A DNA stretch of 49,976 bases, from the sequence record DRR723986_3131, one strand, 5' to 3'. The notes beneath the pieces are model-generated. The model saw only the letters and a list, made by a program, of their open reading frames with translations. It was not told where the DNA came from and made no database searches. Below, in pieces: positions 20,618 to 30,100 of the stretch (position 1 is the first letter of the stretch; every line of letters begins with the position of its first letter). A program made the position numbers and the translations under genes.

Positions 20618-21202
20618 ATGAAAAACACCTACCTCCTTTTCGCACTATTACTTATTATTTGCGCAGGATGCTTTTCCTCCAAAGATTATGTTACTGACTA
20701 TGACTATAATTATCAAGCATCCTTTAAGAAATATAAAACCTTTGCATTCGTAGTTCCTACGGAAAAAGATACCAGTATGATATCACCCGTATTGACGGCC
20801 ACGATAGGTGCAAGGTTAGGTTCTCAGGGATTCCGAGAGCAAGAATCCAAGCCGGATTTATTAGTCAGCTACAAAATTTTCATGGATTCGATAAGATACC
20901 GTGGCTACGTACAGCCAGAGTTTGACTATTACTTACAACGAATGAAAAATGTACCCGAGAAGGAAGATGGAGATCTAGACAAAGAACAAGAAAAAGATGA
21001 AACCTATAATCACGTAAAGTATAGCCAAAACCAAGGAATGCTGGTAGTTTATGTAATTGATAGTAAGAGAGGAAATACCATCTGGCAAGGTTATACAGCT
21101 GCCAATTTCGATTCAGAATCCCCCAACTTCCAATCGGATGTGACTCGGGCAGCATATAGAGTAATGAATGAATTCAAAGTTGTAAATCGCCTCATGGAAT
21201 AA
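20618..21202 (+). CDS. DUF4136 lipoprotein
   Basis: Lipobox, 'FKKYKTFAF', 'PDLLV', 'GMLVVYVID...IWQG'. Confidence 0.85.
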   Translation: MKNTYLLFALLLIICAGCFSSKDYVTDYDYNYQASFKKYKTFAFVVPTEKDTSMISPVLTATIGARLGSQGFREQESKPDLLVSYKIFMDSIRYRGYVQPEFDYYLQRMKNVPEKEDGDLDKEQEKDETYNHVKYSQNQGMLVVYVIDSKRGNTIWQGYTAANFDSESPNFQSDVTRAAYRVMNEFKVVNRLME

Positions 21203-21262
21203 TAAGTGAATATTTCTGAGTAAAGAATTAGTCAACTTGTGTAGTGATTCCACACATTTTTG

Positions 21263-21297
21263 AAGAGGTTCCCATATGTTTTGGAGCCTCTTTTTTA
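21263..21297 (+). terminator. Intrinsic terminator
   Basis: AAGAGGTTCC/GGAGCCTCTT stem plus T run. Confidence 0.65.
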
Positions 21298-21423
21298 TTT
21301 AAAAAAGGGCTCTAATTTGATAATATGCACCTTTTCTATCCATTTATTTATGTGGAATAATATGCAGCTAATCTTTGTGGCAATTCCTTTGAAATAGTTG
21401 ATTCAACTACAAAGAAATCAACT

Positions 21424-22272
21424 ATGAAAAAATCACTAATTGTTACAGGACTTTTGAGCGCCACAGTGATGGTCTCATGTGTATCAAAGAAAAAATACAC
21501 CGAACTAGAGGGTAATCTTTACAAAACACAAACTGAGCTTGCTACCACTGAGCAGGAAAAAGCTGAGTTAGAGGAGAAAATGCAGATCATTGAGAATAGA
21601 GTGGCTGAGTACAACGCAAGAATCAATTCTCTCCGCGATACAAATGATGCTTTGACCCTGCAGAATGAGGGCATGTACTCTTTGGAAGGTGCTACTATGA
21701 TGTCTAAAACATCAAAGGAGAAAATGAAGCAAACATTGGCTAATGTCGACCAAGCTAAACTTGCCCAAGCGCAAACATTGGAGGATTCAGTGAATCTAGC
21801 CGTAGAATACAATTTGAAAAAGAATATCACCGAAACTACAGTGGATGGTGAAGAGGATGATGTAAACATTAGCATTGACCAAACCGTGGTGATGATCTCT
21901 GTATCCGACAAACTACTTTTCAACACCGGTAGCTATAGAATCAATTCTAAAGCTGATCCATTACTGCAGAAATTGGCTGAAGTGATCAACGCTGAGCCAA
22001 GCCTACAAGTGATGATTGAAGGTCATACTGATCCAAGAACAATCTCAACGGGAGTTGTTCAGGACAACTGGGATCTTTCTGTGAAAAGAGCGACTAGTAT
22101 TGTAAGAAAGTTGCAAGAGCAGTACAATGTATCTCCTGAAAAAATGATTGCTGCAGGAAGAGCAAGTTATATGCCTATCGTGGAAAATGATTCTCCTGAA
22201 AACATGGCAATCAACAGAAGAACAAGAATTGTTTTGATTCCAGATCTGGATATGTTCTTTGCGATGCTTTAA
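21424..22272 (+). CDS. OmpA/MotB C-terminal domain lipoprotein with coiled coil
   Basis: Lipobox 'VSCVSKKKY', 'EGHTD', 'NWDLSVKRA', 'NRRT'. Confidence 0.9.
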   Translation: MKKSLIVTGLLSATVMVSCVSKKKYTELEGNLYKTQTELATTEQEKAELEEKMQIIENRVAEYNARINSLRDTNDALTLQNEGMYSLEGATMMSKTSKEKMKQTLANVDQAKLAQAQTLEDSVNLAVEYNLKKNITETTVDGEEDDVNISIDQTVVMISVSDKLLFNTGSYRINSKADPLLQKLAEVINAEPSLQVMIEGHTDPRTISTGVVQDNWDLSVKRATSIVRKLQEQYNVSPEKMIAAGRASYMPIVENDSPENMAINRRTRIVLIPDLDMFFAML

Positions 22273-22311
22273 TACATAAAAACCACCAAGTTACTTTAAC
22301 TACCACAACCT

Positions 22312-22340
22312 AAAAGCAGGCTCTAGAGCCTGCTTTTTTT
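22312..22340. terminator. Bidirectional-looking intrinsic terminator
   Basis: AAAAGCAGGCTC-ta-GAGCCTGCTTTT followed by Ts; lies between convergent genes. Confidence 0.8.
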
Positions 22341-22611
22341 GGTTAACTTTTCAGTAAATAATTTCTTTTTTCAAAAACTCATTCTTCTGACAAAGGATCC
22401 TCAGATGAATTAATTCACAAAATAAATAGTGCTGACATTGAAGTCCATTAGTATCTAGTGACTGGTCTATTGGAAGATGGATACCAAATATATTTTACAG
22501 AAGAATTGAGGTTCTGAAACGTTTTTTTTTCATCAGAAAATGCTTTTACCTATACATACAAAACCATTTTAGTCTCCGCTGATTTGGCTCAAATGTGGTC
22601 AAAATCTTATA

Positions 22612-23952
22612 CTACTTCAAATCCAAAACATCCAGTGTACCTAACGCATGTTGCATTAACACCTCCTGGAAAAACAAGGTATAAACTGCCTGAGCCTGGT
22701 CAGCCTGAGCACTCACCAATTGTTGGTTTGCGGTAGCAAGGTCTACGAAATTGGAAATCCCCAAACGAAAGCGCTCAGAAATGGCATTTAAAGCTTCCTT
22801 TGCTGCTAATACCTGAATCTCTGTATTGCTTTCCTTTTTCACTGCAGCCATATAATTTAGATAGGCCAATTTCACATCCTGATAGATTTTTCTATCCATC
22901 GACTCCTTTTGCAAAATCTGATTTTTATAGGCCACCTTACTGCTAGCTACATTGAGCTTATTCTGGAAATTATTGAAGATTGGAATGGTAAGGCTAAGTC
23001 CTAACGTATTTTGAGGATATACTTTCCATAGTTGATCCTGAAGGTTTCTATCGTCTAAGGAAGTAAAGAAAGTGTTGTAATTATAAAATGCTCCAATTCG
23101 TGGATAATACATGGATTTGATTGCTTGCATATCCTTTTTGTATGAAGTCACCAGAAGGTCCTGCTGTGTGCCATCTGCTCTATTTAACTGTGCCATTTCA
23201 TACAACTCCTGCATTTCCATACCTTCAAACTTCAACTCACCTGCTCTTGGATCTACCGCCGTTAATAATGGCACAACACCGGGCTCTAATTGCAAATATT
23301 CTGACAGGTCCCAAACATCATTTTCATACTTTAACTGTGCATCCACTAGCACGGATTCCAATCTTGCGACCTCGGATTCCTGATTGTACTTATCCGAAAG
23401 CGTACGAAGTCCAGCATCAACAAAACCTTGTATTTGCCTTAAGGTCTCCTTTTGATTATCAAGATTCTCCTGGGAAATCCGAACTATTTCCCCATCCAAA
23501 AGCACCTGAAGATACCTTCTAGCTACATCAAACATTACCTGCTGAGAAGCTCTATCAAGCCCTTTTTCTCCAGCGTCATAAGCTAATTTTGCTGACTGAG
23601 TATCCAATATTCTTCTACCCGCATTGAAAATCGGCATACTCATGTTTAGGCCCGCATTTACAATCTCATTGGTAACATTGGTAACCACAATCTCACCTTC
23701 AATCTGCTGAAATTGCTGGCCTGACTGCTGTGAGAGGGATGTATTTATATTTGCGTTTGGGAAATGGGAAAGAAAAGCTGACTGCTTCTGCACCTTCAAC
23801 ACTTCCATATTATTGGACTGAATTTGATATGCAGCATTAGCTGACAAAGCTAAATCCACCGCTGTTCTGAAATCAATTCTTAAAGTGTCTTGCGCTTGAA
23901 GTGTACCCGTCACCGTGGCTACAATAAGTACCGCTATATACTTCTTAAACAT
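22612..23952 (-). CDS. TolC-family outer-membrane efflux protein
   Basis: Signal peptide, two OEP repeats ('MPIFNAG', 'IPIFNNF'), 'ERFRLG'. Start set at MFKKY. Confidence 0.9.
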   Translation of the reverse strand: MFKKYIAVLIVATVTGTLQAQDTLRIDFRTAVDLALSANAAYQIQSNNMEVLKVQKQSAFLSHFPNANINTSLSQQSGQQFQQIEGEIVVTNVTNEIVNAGLNMSMPIFNAGRRILDTQSAKLAYDAGEKGLDRASQQVMFDVARRYLQVLLDGEIVRISQENLDNQKETLRQIQGFVDAGLRTLSDKYNQESEVARLESVLVDAQLKYENDVWDLSEYLQLEPGVVPLLTAVDPRAGELKFEGMEMQELYEMAQLNRADGTQQDLLVTSYKKDMQAIKSMYYPRIGAFYNYNTFFTSLDDRNLQDQLWKVYPQNTLGLSLTIPIFNNFQNKLNVASSKVAYKNQILQKESMDRKIYQDVKLAYLNYMAAVKKESNTEIQVLAAKEALNAISERFRLGISNFVDLATANQQLVSAQADQAQAVYTLFFQEVLMQHALGTLDVLDLK

Positions 23953-24628
23953 GGATAATCGCCTCATCTTTTTCTATTTTACCATCCAGCATGTCGATTA
24001 ATCGAGTGCCATAATCTGCATTTTCACGGGCATGTGTTGCCTGAATTAGTGTAGTTCCTTCTCTGTGCAATTCCTGAAAAACTTCCATGATTTCCTTTGC
24101 CTGTCCAGAGTGCAGATTTCCCGTAGGCTCATCAGCCAGAAGCACCCTAGGCTTACCAGCCACTGCTCTTGCGATTCCTACCAACTGCTGCTGACCTCCT
24201 GATAATTGAGCAGGGAAAAGATCTTTTTTTGCCACCATATTAAATCGGTCAAGTAGGTTGGCAATGATGCTTTTCCGCTCGTTGGAAGACACGCCTCTAT
24301 ACAAAAGTGGCGTCTCTATGTTTTCATACACCGTCAATTCATCAATCAAGTGATAAGCCTGAAAGATGTATCCAAACTCACTTTTATGAAGGGCAGCGCG
24401 TTCACGTTCTTTCATTTTGGCCAGGTTTCTATCTCCAAACCAATACTCTCCTTCGTAGTCTTCATCGAGTAAGCCCAAGATATTTAGAAGTGTAGACTTA
24501 CCTGCGCCACTTGGTCCCATGATGGTTACAAACTCTCCCTCGTTGATGGTTAGATTTATTCCTTTGAGCAAAAAAATCCGCTGAAAACGTGATTCTATAT
24601 ATTTGTCTAACTTCTTAAGTTCTATCAT
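23945..24628 (-). CDS. ABC transporter ATP-binding protein (MacB/LolD type)
   Basis: Walker A GPSGAGKST, LSGGQQQ, LADEPTGNL. Confidence 0.97.
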   Translation of the reverse strand: MIELKKLDKYIESRFQRIFLLKGINLTINEGEFVTIMGPSGAGKSTLLNILGLLDEDYEGEYWFGDRNLAKMKERERAALHKSEFGYIFQAYHLIDELTVYENIETPLLYRGVSSNERKSIIANLLDRFNMVAKKDLFPAQLSGGQQQLVGIARAVAGKPRVLLADEPTGNLHSGQAKEIMEVFQELHREGTTLIQATHARENADYGTRLIDMLDGKIEKDEAIIHV

Positions 24629-24636
24629 TAATGTAT

Positions 24637-24675
24637 GGGAAGATTTTTAAATTGAAATATTGTAAAATTATAAGT
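24637..24675. repeat. Degenerate 8-bp periodic tract
   Basis: GAAGATTT TTAAATTG AAATATTG TAAAATTA upstream of the ATPase start. Confidence 0.45.
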
Positions 24676-24697
24676 TCGTTGATTGTGACTTCACACA

Positions 24698-27097
24698 CTA
24701 TTCACTCTTTAATGTTTTCGCAGGATTCAACCTGAAAACTTTCCAGCTTCTGTACCCTATAGTCAATGCTGCCAATAACAAGACTAACAAAATCGCCACT
24801 AAGTAAGGCCATGGGGAGAATGCAACTTTATTTGCAAAAGATTGCAGCCAAGTATTGGAAAACCAAACCCCAAACCCAACCGCTAAGATTGATGCTAACA
24901 TAAGCAACTTAAAGAAATCAGAAGCTAGGACAGAAATCACATCTTTTTGTGTAGCGCCCAGCACTTTTCGTATACTGATTTCCCGAGTTCTACGAAGTGC
25001 AACATAGGAAACAAGACCAAATAAGCCCATGCATGCGATCATCACAGCAATCCCCGAAAATAAAGTAAAGATTACTCCTACCCGCTCTTCAGATCTATAC
25101 AATTTGGCGTATTCCTGATCTACAAAACGATAGTTAAATGGGCGTTCAGGGACAAACTTTTTCCAAACCTCTTCCAAGGAGGCCAATGAAGCAGCTGGAT
25201 TCCCTTCAGGTATTTTGACAAGCAGAACATTGGCATTTCCTTGATCCTTGAAAATCCCCAAAGGACCAATAGTTGAGTGCATTGAATTAAAGTAAAAATC
25301 ACCTACGACTGCTTTAATTGTCGCATTGGAGAAACCAAAATTTATGGTTTTTCCTACTGCTTCCTCTGGAGTCCAACCCATTTCTTTGACCGCTGACTCA
25401 TTAAGTATGACCGGGATTAAATCTTCACTTGCACTGGCCTCTGCTCTGGTGTAATCATTATCATTCAGATCGGTACCGGCAAGTATTTCCAAATTCAGGG
25501 TCTGTACGATATCCTCATCAGTGGAATATCCCGTGATCATAAATTCACGCTGATTGTCACCTCCTGGAAAAATAGTATATCCTGCCTTGATGTGAACCGG
25601 CATATCTCCCGCCAATGCAATGGAGTTTGCAGCGCCACTTCTTAGCATTTCAGACTTCATGGTCTCCGCTACTTTCCGCATACTATAGTGGTAAGTCAAT
25701 GCAACTACCTGCTCTCTATCGTATCCTAAATTCACATTTTGCATGTAATCCAACTGGCTCTTCACCACAAAAGTGGCAATCAATAAACCAATGGATACGA
25801 AGAATTGAAAAACCACCAGGGATTTTCTAACCCATGCTCCCCCACCTATTTTTGTCTTGTTAGCCAATGCTTTGATCGGCTCCATTCCAGATAGAATCAG
25901 CGATGGATACATTCCGGCAAGCAATCCTACAATTGCAATTAGCCCGATCAAAAAACCAATTCCTACAGGATTTATTAGGGCATTGGCACTCAAAGGCACT
26001 CCTCCTATTGAAGAGAATTTGGGTAAAACCAAATACAGGCACAATACACTCAGCACAGTAGCTGCAAAGGTGAGGAGCATAGATTCGGAAACAAACTGGC
26101 CAAATAACTGACTTCTTCCTGCTCCCATAGCTTTGCGCAGCCCCACTTCCTTATTTCGCTCGGTAGCTTCTGCTGTGGCTAAATTCACATAATTGATAAT
26201 CCCTATAGCAATCAGCAATAATGCTACAATCCCAAAAATATATAGGTAACGGATGTCTGTGCCTGGCTTGATGCTTCCGAGCGTTTGATCGCCCAAATGG
26301 ATCTGGCTTACAGGCTGCAAGTGAAAAGAAGTCTTGTACCCATATTCAGCTAAGTCTTTTCCCAAATATTTCTCTTTGACTTCCTCTACCTTGGCCTCAA
26401 AAGCTGGCAAATCCGTGTCCGGTTTTAGCTTAACATAGGTGTAATAATTACTCGGAGACCACTCAGGTTCTCTGCCATGTCTATGAGATTTGAAGGAAGC
26501 CAAAAAATCAAACACCATATGACTATTGCTCGGGAAATCTTCCATCACACCGGAAACGGTATAATCTTCTCCATCTACTTTCAGCACTTTGCCAGAAGCT
26601 TCACCTACACTTCCATAATAGCGCTCTGCAGTGCTTTTTGTTAGGACTATCTGATTTGGCTCCGCCAAAACTTGAGTAGTGTTCCCTGCCAATAAGTCAA
26701 AATCAAAAACCTTGAAATAATTTTCATCGGCAAATGCAAAAGATTCTTCTTCTTGATTGCCTTCGCCTGCATCTACCAATACAGAAGAAAAAATACTAAT
26801 ATCAAAAACCAATGTTCCTGTCTCTACTTCAGGAACTTCTTCGATTAATGTAGGAATCAGACTTGAAGGGGTAGAACTGACCAATTGGCTTTCACCCTGA
26901 GAAACAAATTCCTGATTGAACTTATAGATACGATCATAGTCCGTGTACATCTTATCGTAGCTCCACTCGTGTTGGATGTAGAGGCAAATCGCCAAAAAAC
27001 TCACGATAGCGATCGTTAGCCCTATCAAGTTGATGCCTGTGTAAAGCTTACGCTTTCTCAGATTGCGTAAGGATAATTTTAGATAGTTTTTCCACAT
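24698..27097 (-). CDS. MacB/FtsX-type ABC permease
   Basis: 'MWKNYLKLSLRNL', 'KEVGLRKAMGA', 'EISIRKVLGA', 'NPAKTLKSE'. Confidence 0.95.
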   Translation of the reverse strand: MWKNYLKLSLRNLRKRKLYTGINLIGLTIAIVSFLAICLYIQHEWSYDKMYTDYDRIYKFNQEFVSQGESQLVSSTPSSLIPTLIEEVPEVETGTLVFDISIFSSVLVDAGEGNQEEESFAFADENYFKVFDFDLLAGNTTQVLAEPNQIVLTKSTAERYYGSVGEASGKVLKVDGEDYTVSGVMEDFPSNSHMVFDFLASFKSHRHGREPEWSPSNYYTYVKLKPDTDLPAFEAKVEEVKEKYLGKDLAEYGYKTSFHLQPVSQIHLGDQTLGSIKPGTDIRYLYIFGIVALLLIAIGIINYVNLATAEATERNKEVGLRKAMGAGRSQLFGQFVSESMLLTFAATVLSVLCLYLVLPKFSSIGGVPLSANALINPVGIGFLIGLIAIVGLLAGMYPSLILSGMEPIKALANKTKIGGGAWVRKSLVVFQFFVSIGLLIATFVVKSQLDYMQNVNLGYDREQVVALTYHYSMRKVAETMKSEMLRSGAANSIALAGDMPVHIKAGYTIFPGGDNQREFMITGYSTDEDIVQTLNLEILAGTDLNDNDYTRAEASASEDLIPVILNESAVKEMGWTPEEAVGKTINFGFSNATIKAVVGDFYFNSMHSTIGPLGIFKDQGNANVLLVKIPEGNPAASLASLEEVWKKFVPERPFNYRFVDQEYAKLYRSEERVGVIFTLFSGIAVMIACMGLFGLVSYVALRRTREISIRKVLGATQKDVISVLASDFFKLLMLASILAVGFGVWFSNTWLQSFANKVAFSPWPYLVAILLVLLLAALTIGYRSWKVFRLNPAKTLKSE

Positions 27098-27103
27098 GGG
27101 CTT

Positions 27104-27176
27104 AAGATTGAAATATTGAAAAATTTAAAAATTAGAAGATTGACCATCTAAATTTTCAATTCTACATTTTAAATTC
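27104..27176. repeat. Inverted pair of degenerate 8-bp tracts in the permease 5' region
   Basis: AAGATTGA AATATTGA AAAATTTA AAAATTAG AAGATTGA, then complementary-type units CCATCTAA ATTTTCAA. Confidence 0.5.
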
Positions 27177-27188
27177 GATCCATTCTTT

Positions 27189-27203
27189 TCCACTTTTATG
27201 CCA
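27189..27203 (-). promoter_or_regulatory. Sigma-54-like promoter TGGCATAAAAGTGGA
   Basis: GG-N10-GA on the minus strand upstream of the permease-ATPase-TolC operon. Confidence 0.55.
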
Positions 27204-27204
27204 T

Positions 27205-27241
27205 AAAAAAATGCCTCTGAATAAACTCCAGAGGCATTTTT
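27205..27241. terminator. Intrinsic terminator (Gfo/DUF1080 operon)
   Basis: AAAAAATGCCTCTG/CAGAGGCATTTTTT stem. Confidence 0.7.
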
Positions 27242-27265
27242 ATACTTTTCTCCTATTTACTATCT

Positions 27266-27291
27266 CGAACATTTTTGTTCGCCAGCGAACA
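27266..27291. promoter_or_regulatory. Candidate enhancer (bEBP) site CGAACA-TTTT-TGTTCG-N4-CGAACA
   Basis: Same architecture as 36613-36638, at a near-identical distance from TGGCA. Confidence 0.6.
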
Positions 27292-27300
27292 AAACAAATT

Positions 27301-27353
27301 ATCAATGTTCAAGTTTCAAATTCAATGTTCAAGTATAATGTCAAATATCAAAG
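27301..27353. repeat. Degenerate 7-bp tandem tract (TTCAA-like)
   Basis: ATCAATG TTCAAGT TTCAAAT TCAATG TTCAAGT. Confidence 0.5.
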
Positions 27354-27407
27354 CATGCGTCCCAAGCTATAAGTATCGCGTATTGAACACTTAAACGTAA
27401 TTGAAAG

Positions 27408-27432
27408 GTCCTCGACTCCGCTCGGACTGACA
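27408..27432. repeat. REP-like element GTCCTCGACTCCGCTCGGACTGACA
   Basis: GC-rich hairpin matching, from memory, the Bacteroidota TTCGACTCCGCTCAG REP family. Confidence 0.55.
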
Positions 27433-27451
27433 CTTACTACCCTTACTAAAA

Positions 27452-27537
27452 CCTTGACTTTTGATTCTTTATTCTCAATACTTGGCTCTCAACTCTTGAA
27501 TCTATAATCTTATGTCTTGATACTATTATCTTGTTAC
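27452..27537. repeat. Degenerate 7-bp tandem tract (NTCTTGA-like)
   Basis: About 12 units such as CTCTCAA CTCTTGA ATCTATA ATCTTAT GTCTTGA TACTATT ATCTTGT, abutting the stop codon. Confidence 0.6.
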
Positions 27538-28886
27538 TAGAATTTGCGATACTTCCCTTTCAAGAACTCATTCGCTTCCTTCTCATCGAACTTGGCTTTT
27601 TTGCTATTCCAGTGAAGTGTTTGATTTGGGAATCTACCTGCAATCACACCAAGCAAAATCGTCTCAGTTAATCGGGCAGCATAAGAGAATGGCGCACTAG
27701 TTTCCGCTTTGCCCATACATGCATCTACGAACTGATGGTAATGCTTTTTGCTTTCTCCCTCGTAATCCTTCACTGGTTTGCCTAAATTGAAAGATTCAAT
27801 ATCCATCTCCACGTACTTTCCGTCCACGATTTTACGTGGAAGCTGCTGGAAGTGAGGCAAAAGTAATCTCCCCTTGTCTCCCATAAACATCGCTCCCTGA
27901 TCAGGTAATTCATCACCATTTGGAAGCTTCAAATCTGGATGCTCAGAAGGTGCTCCTGGTCCATCGTACCATATCCACTTAAGTTTCTCTGCAGTATATT
28001 CTGTACCCGGAAATTCGTAAGTCACCATATTGTGCTCTGGAAAACCAAAACCTGTTGATAGACGGCATTCATTGAGAATAGTCTCTGGTACATCAAGCTG
28101 AAGCGCATTGTATGGAGTATCAAAAATATGGACTCCCATATCTCCTAGTGTACCACAACCATAATCCATTATTTTTCTCCAGTTTCCTGGGTGATAATAG
28201 CCTTCCTTAAATGGTCTTTCAGGAGCAGTCCCCTGCCATAAGTTCCAGTCCAATGTAGCTGGTACAGGATCAGATCCAGTTGGTTCTGGACCATCATACC
28301 CCCAATTTTTAGGAGACCAAGCACGAACTGTATGAACTTTACCAATAATCCCAGACTGAATTAATAGCGTGGCAAGCTTATAATCATAGAAAGAATGAAC
28401 CTGAATTCCCATTTGGGTGACGAGGTTCTTCTTTTCTGCAATTTTCTTCATTTTACGAGCCTCTGACACATGGTGAGTCAATGGCTTTTGACAATAAACA
28501 GGCTTGTTCATTTTCATTGCCATCAAGGAAGCAGGTGCATGGGTGTGGTCTGGAGTAGACACTACTACTGCGTCGATCTCGTTTTTCATGTCCTTCAGCA
28601 TGATTCTATAATCAGTATAGATCTTTGCGTTCGGATGTAGTGCATGAGCTTTCGCCAGATTTTCGCTATCCACATCACATAGGAAAGCTACATCTACTAA
28701 TTCATGGGATGCAATGGCTCCCAAATCAGCCATCCCCATACTTCCAAGACCGATGTGCGCAGTTCTCAAACGCTCTCCAGCTTTCAAATTGGCTAAAAAT
28801 GACGGTGCTAGAGCGGCAGTCAATAAGCCTAAACCACTCTTCTTGACAAACTCCCTACGGTCTATACTTTCTATATTTTTACTCAT
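27537..28886 (-). CDS. Gfo/Idh/MocA oxidoreductase, Tat-exported
   Basis: 'DRREFVKK' Tat motif, 'IGLGSMG', 'STPDHTHA', 'YCQKP', 'DMGVH'. Confidence 0.95.
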   Translation of the reverse strand: MSKNIESIDRREFVKKSGLGLLTAALAPSFLANLKAGERLRTAHIGLGSMGMADLGAIASHELVDVAFLCDVDSENLAKAHALHPNAKIYTDYRIMLKDMKNEIDAVVVSTPDHTHAPASLMAMKMNKPVYCQKPLTHHVSEARKMKKIAEKKNLVTQMGIQVHSFYDYKLATLLIQSGIIGKVHTVRAWSPKNWGYDGPEPTGSDPVPATLDWNLWQGTAPERPFKEGYYHPGNWRKIMDYGCGTLGDMGVHIFDTPYNALQLDVPETILNECRLSTGFGFPEHNMVTYEFPGTEYTAEKLKWIWYDGPGAPSEHPDLKLPNGDELPDQGAMFMGDKGRLLLPHFQQLPRKIVDGKYVEMDIESFNLGKPVKDYEGESKKHYHQFVDACMGKAETSAPFSYAARLTETILLGVIAGRFPNQTLHWNSKKAKFDEKEANEFLKGKYRKF

Positions 28887-28914
28887 GTTTCGGTAAATTT
28901 ATTACTGGGTTATT

Positions 28915-29580
28915 TTATAATTCTTTGATACTGATATTTTTAAAACGGACTACATCCCCATGGCCTAAAAAGCCGATATGCCCAGAGCTGCGCTGCAATC
29001 CTGGATGATCTTTGTGGTCTTTTGTACCATTTTTGCTCGCTTCCAAATAGTCCCCATCCACTATCATCTCTCCATTCAGAATAATTTTTATGTGAGGATG
29101 ATTTACAATAACTTCCTGCGTGTTCCATTCTCCTACAGGCTTCAAAAAACCACGCTTAGCCGCTATTACGCCATATAGTGAGCCATGGTACTGGTATTCT
29201 TGCAGGTCTGCAAATTTATCCGCGGTATTATCCAGAATCTGCAATTCCTTACCTACATAGGCAGCATCACCTTCCAAAGGTGCATGGATTCCCAAGCCAT
29301 TGTTAGCTCCCGGAGTCAATTGAAACTCAAAGCGAAATACAAAATCTCCATATTCCTTTTCAGTGAAGAGATTTCCTCCACCAGTGCCTTTTGGATCAAT
29401 GACTATCATACCGTTCTCTGCCCGGTAGGAAGTCTTATTGCCTACCCAGCCGTCAAGATTTTCCCCATTAAAAAGTGAAACAAATCCTTTATCAGTATTT
29501 CTTTTCTGTGAACTGCAGGAAATAAAGGCGGCCGCAAAAGCGAAAATTGCTAGTACAAAGACAGAATTAGATTTGGACAT
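28915..29580 (-). CDS. DUF1080 (3-keto-disaccharide hydrolase-like) lipoprotein
   Basis: 'LFNGENLDGW', 'ELQILD', 'GEWN', 'GHIGFLGHG...FKNI'. Confidence 0.93.
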   Translation of the reverse strand: MSKSNSVFVLAIFAFAAAFISCSSQKRNTDKGFVSLFNGENLDGWVGNKTSYRAENGMIVIDPKGTGGGNLFTEKEYGDFVFRFEFQLTPGANNGLGIHAPLEGDAAYVGKELQILDNTADKFADLQEYQYHGSLYGVIAAKRGFLKPVGEWNTQEVIVNHPHIKIILNGEMIVDGDYLEASKNGTKDHKDHPGLQRSSGHIGFLGHGDVVRFKNISIKEL

Positions 29581-30100
29581 AAGAGGATTTTTGAAGCTAA
29601 TAGTTTACTCATTCTTTAAAACCAGAGTGCAATTTAACCTTTCACTCCAATTTTCAGCGATTTGACTTAATTAAAATTTTTATTTACACCTATGGGTATT
29701 TATTGATTTTTTCGGAAAAGATGGAATAGAAAAGGCTAGTAGTACACTGCCAGTAAAAAGTATAAAATCCGGAAAGCAGGCCTTTCATTTCTCTAAATCC
29801 ATGAAAATTTCAGGTCCATAAAATAGTAGACCAAGACACACAGGGATTGAAAGAGATGATTACTTCGTGGTCATTAATCCAAAATTCTCCAATACGATGC
29901 TATGATCATGAAAAATTAAACCATAAATAGCTTTGGGTGCAACCTAGGGCAAATTGTAGTAATTATTTAACCCATTGACCCCGATGGGGGGGGAACAACA
30001 TACTACTCAAATCCATTACTAACTCATTCATCTGACACCTTGCGTCCGGATCATTTCATCTCCTTTTTCGTAAGCTAAACTGCCAGTATATTGATTGCAA

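Noticed and set aside
21424-22272. Flagellar motB call
   Set aside because: Lipoprotein with no TM Asp helix and no motA neighbour; a generic OmpA-like peptidoglycan-binding protein.
29700-29910. Possible small ORF or pseudogene upstream of DUF1080
   Set aside because: Only short interrupted frames with no recognisable motif.
29986-29993. G8 tract as a phase-variation switch
   Set aside because: Short, intergenic, and not clearly within a promoter spacer.
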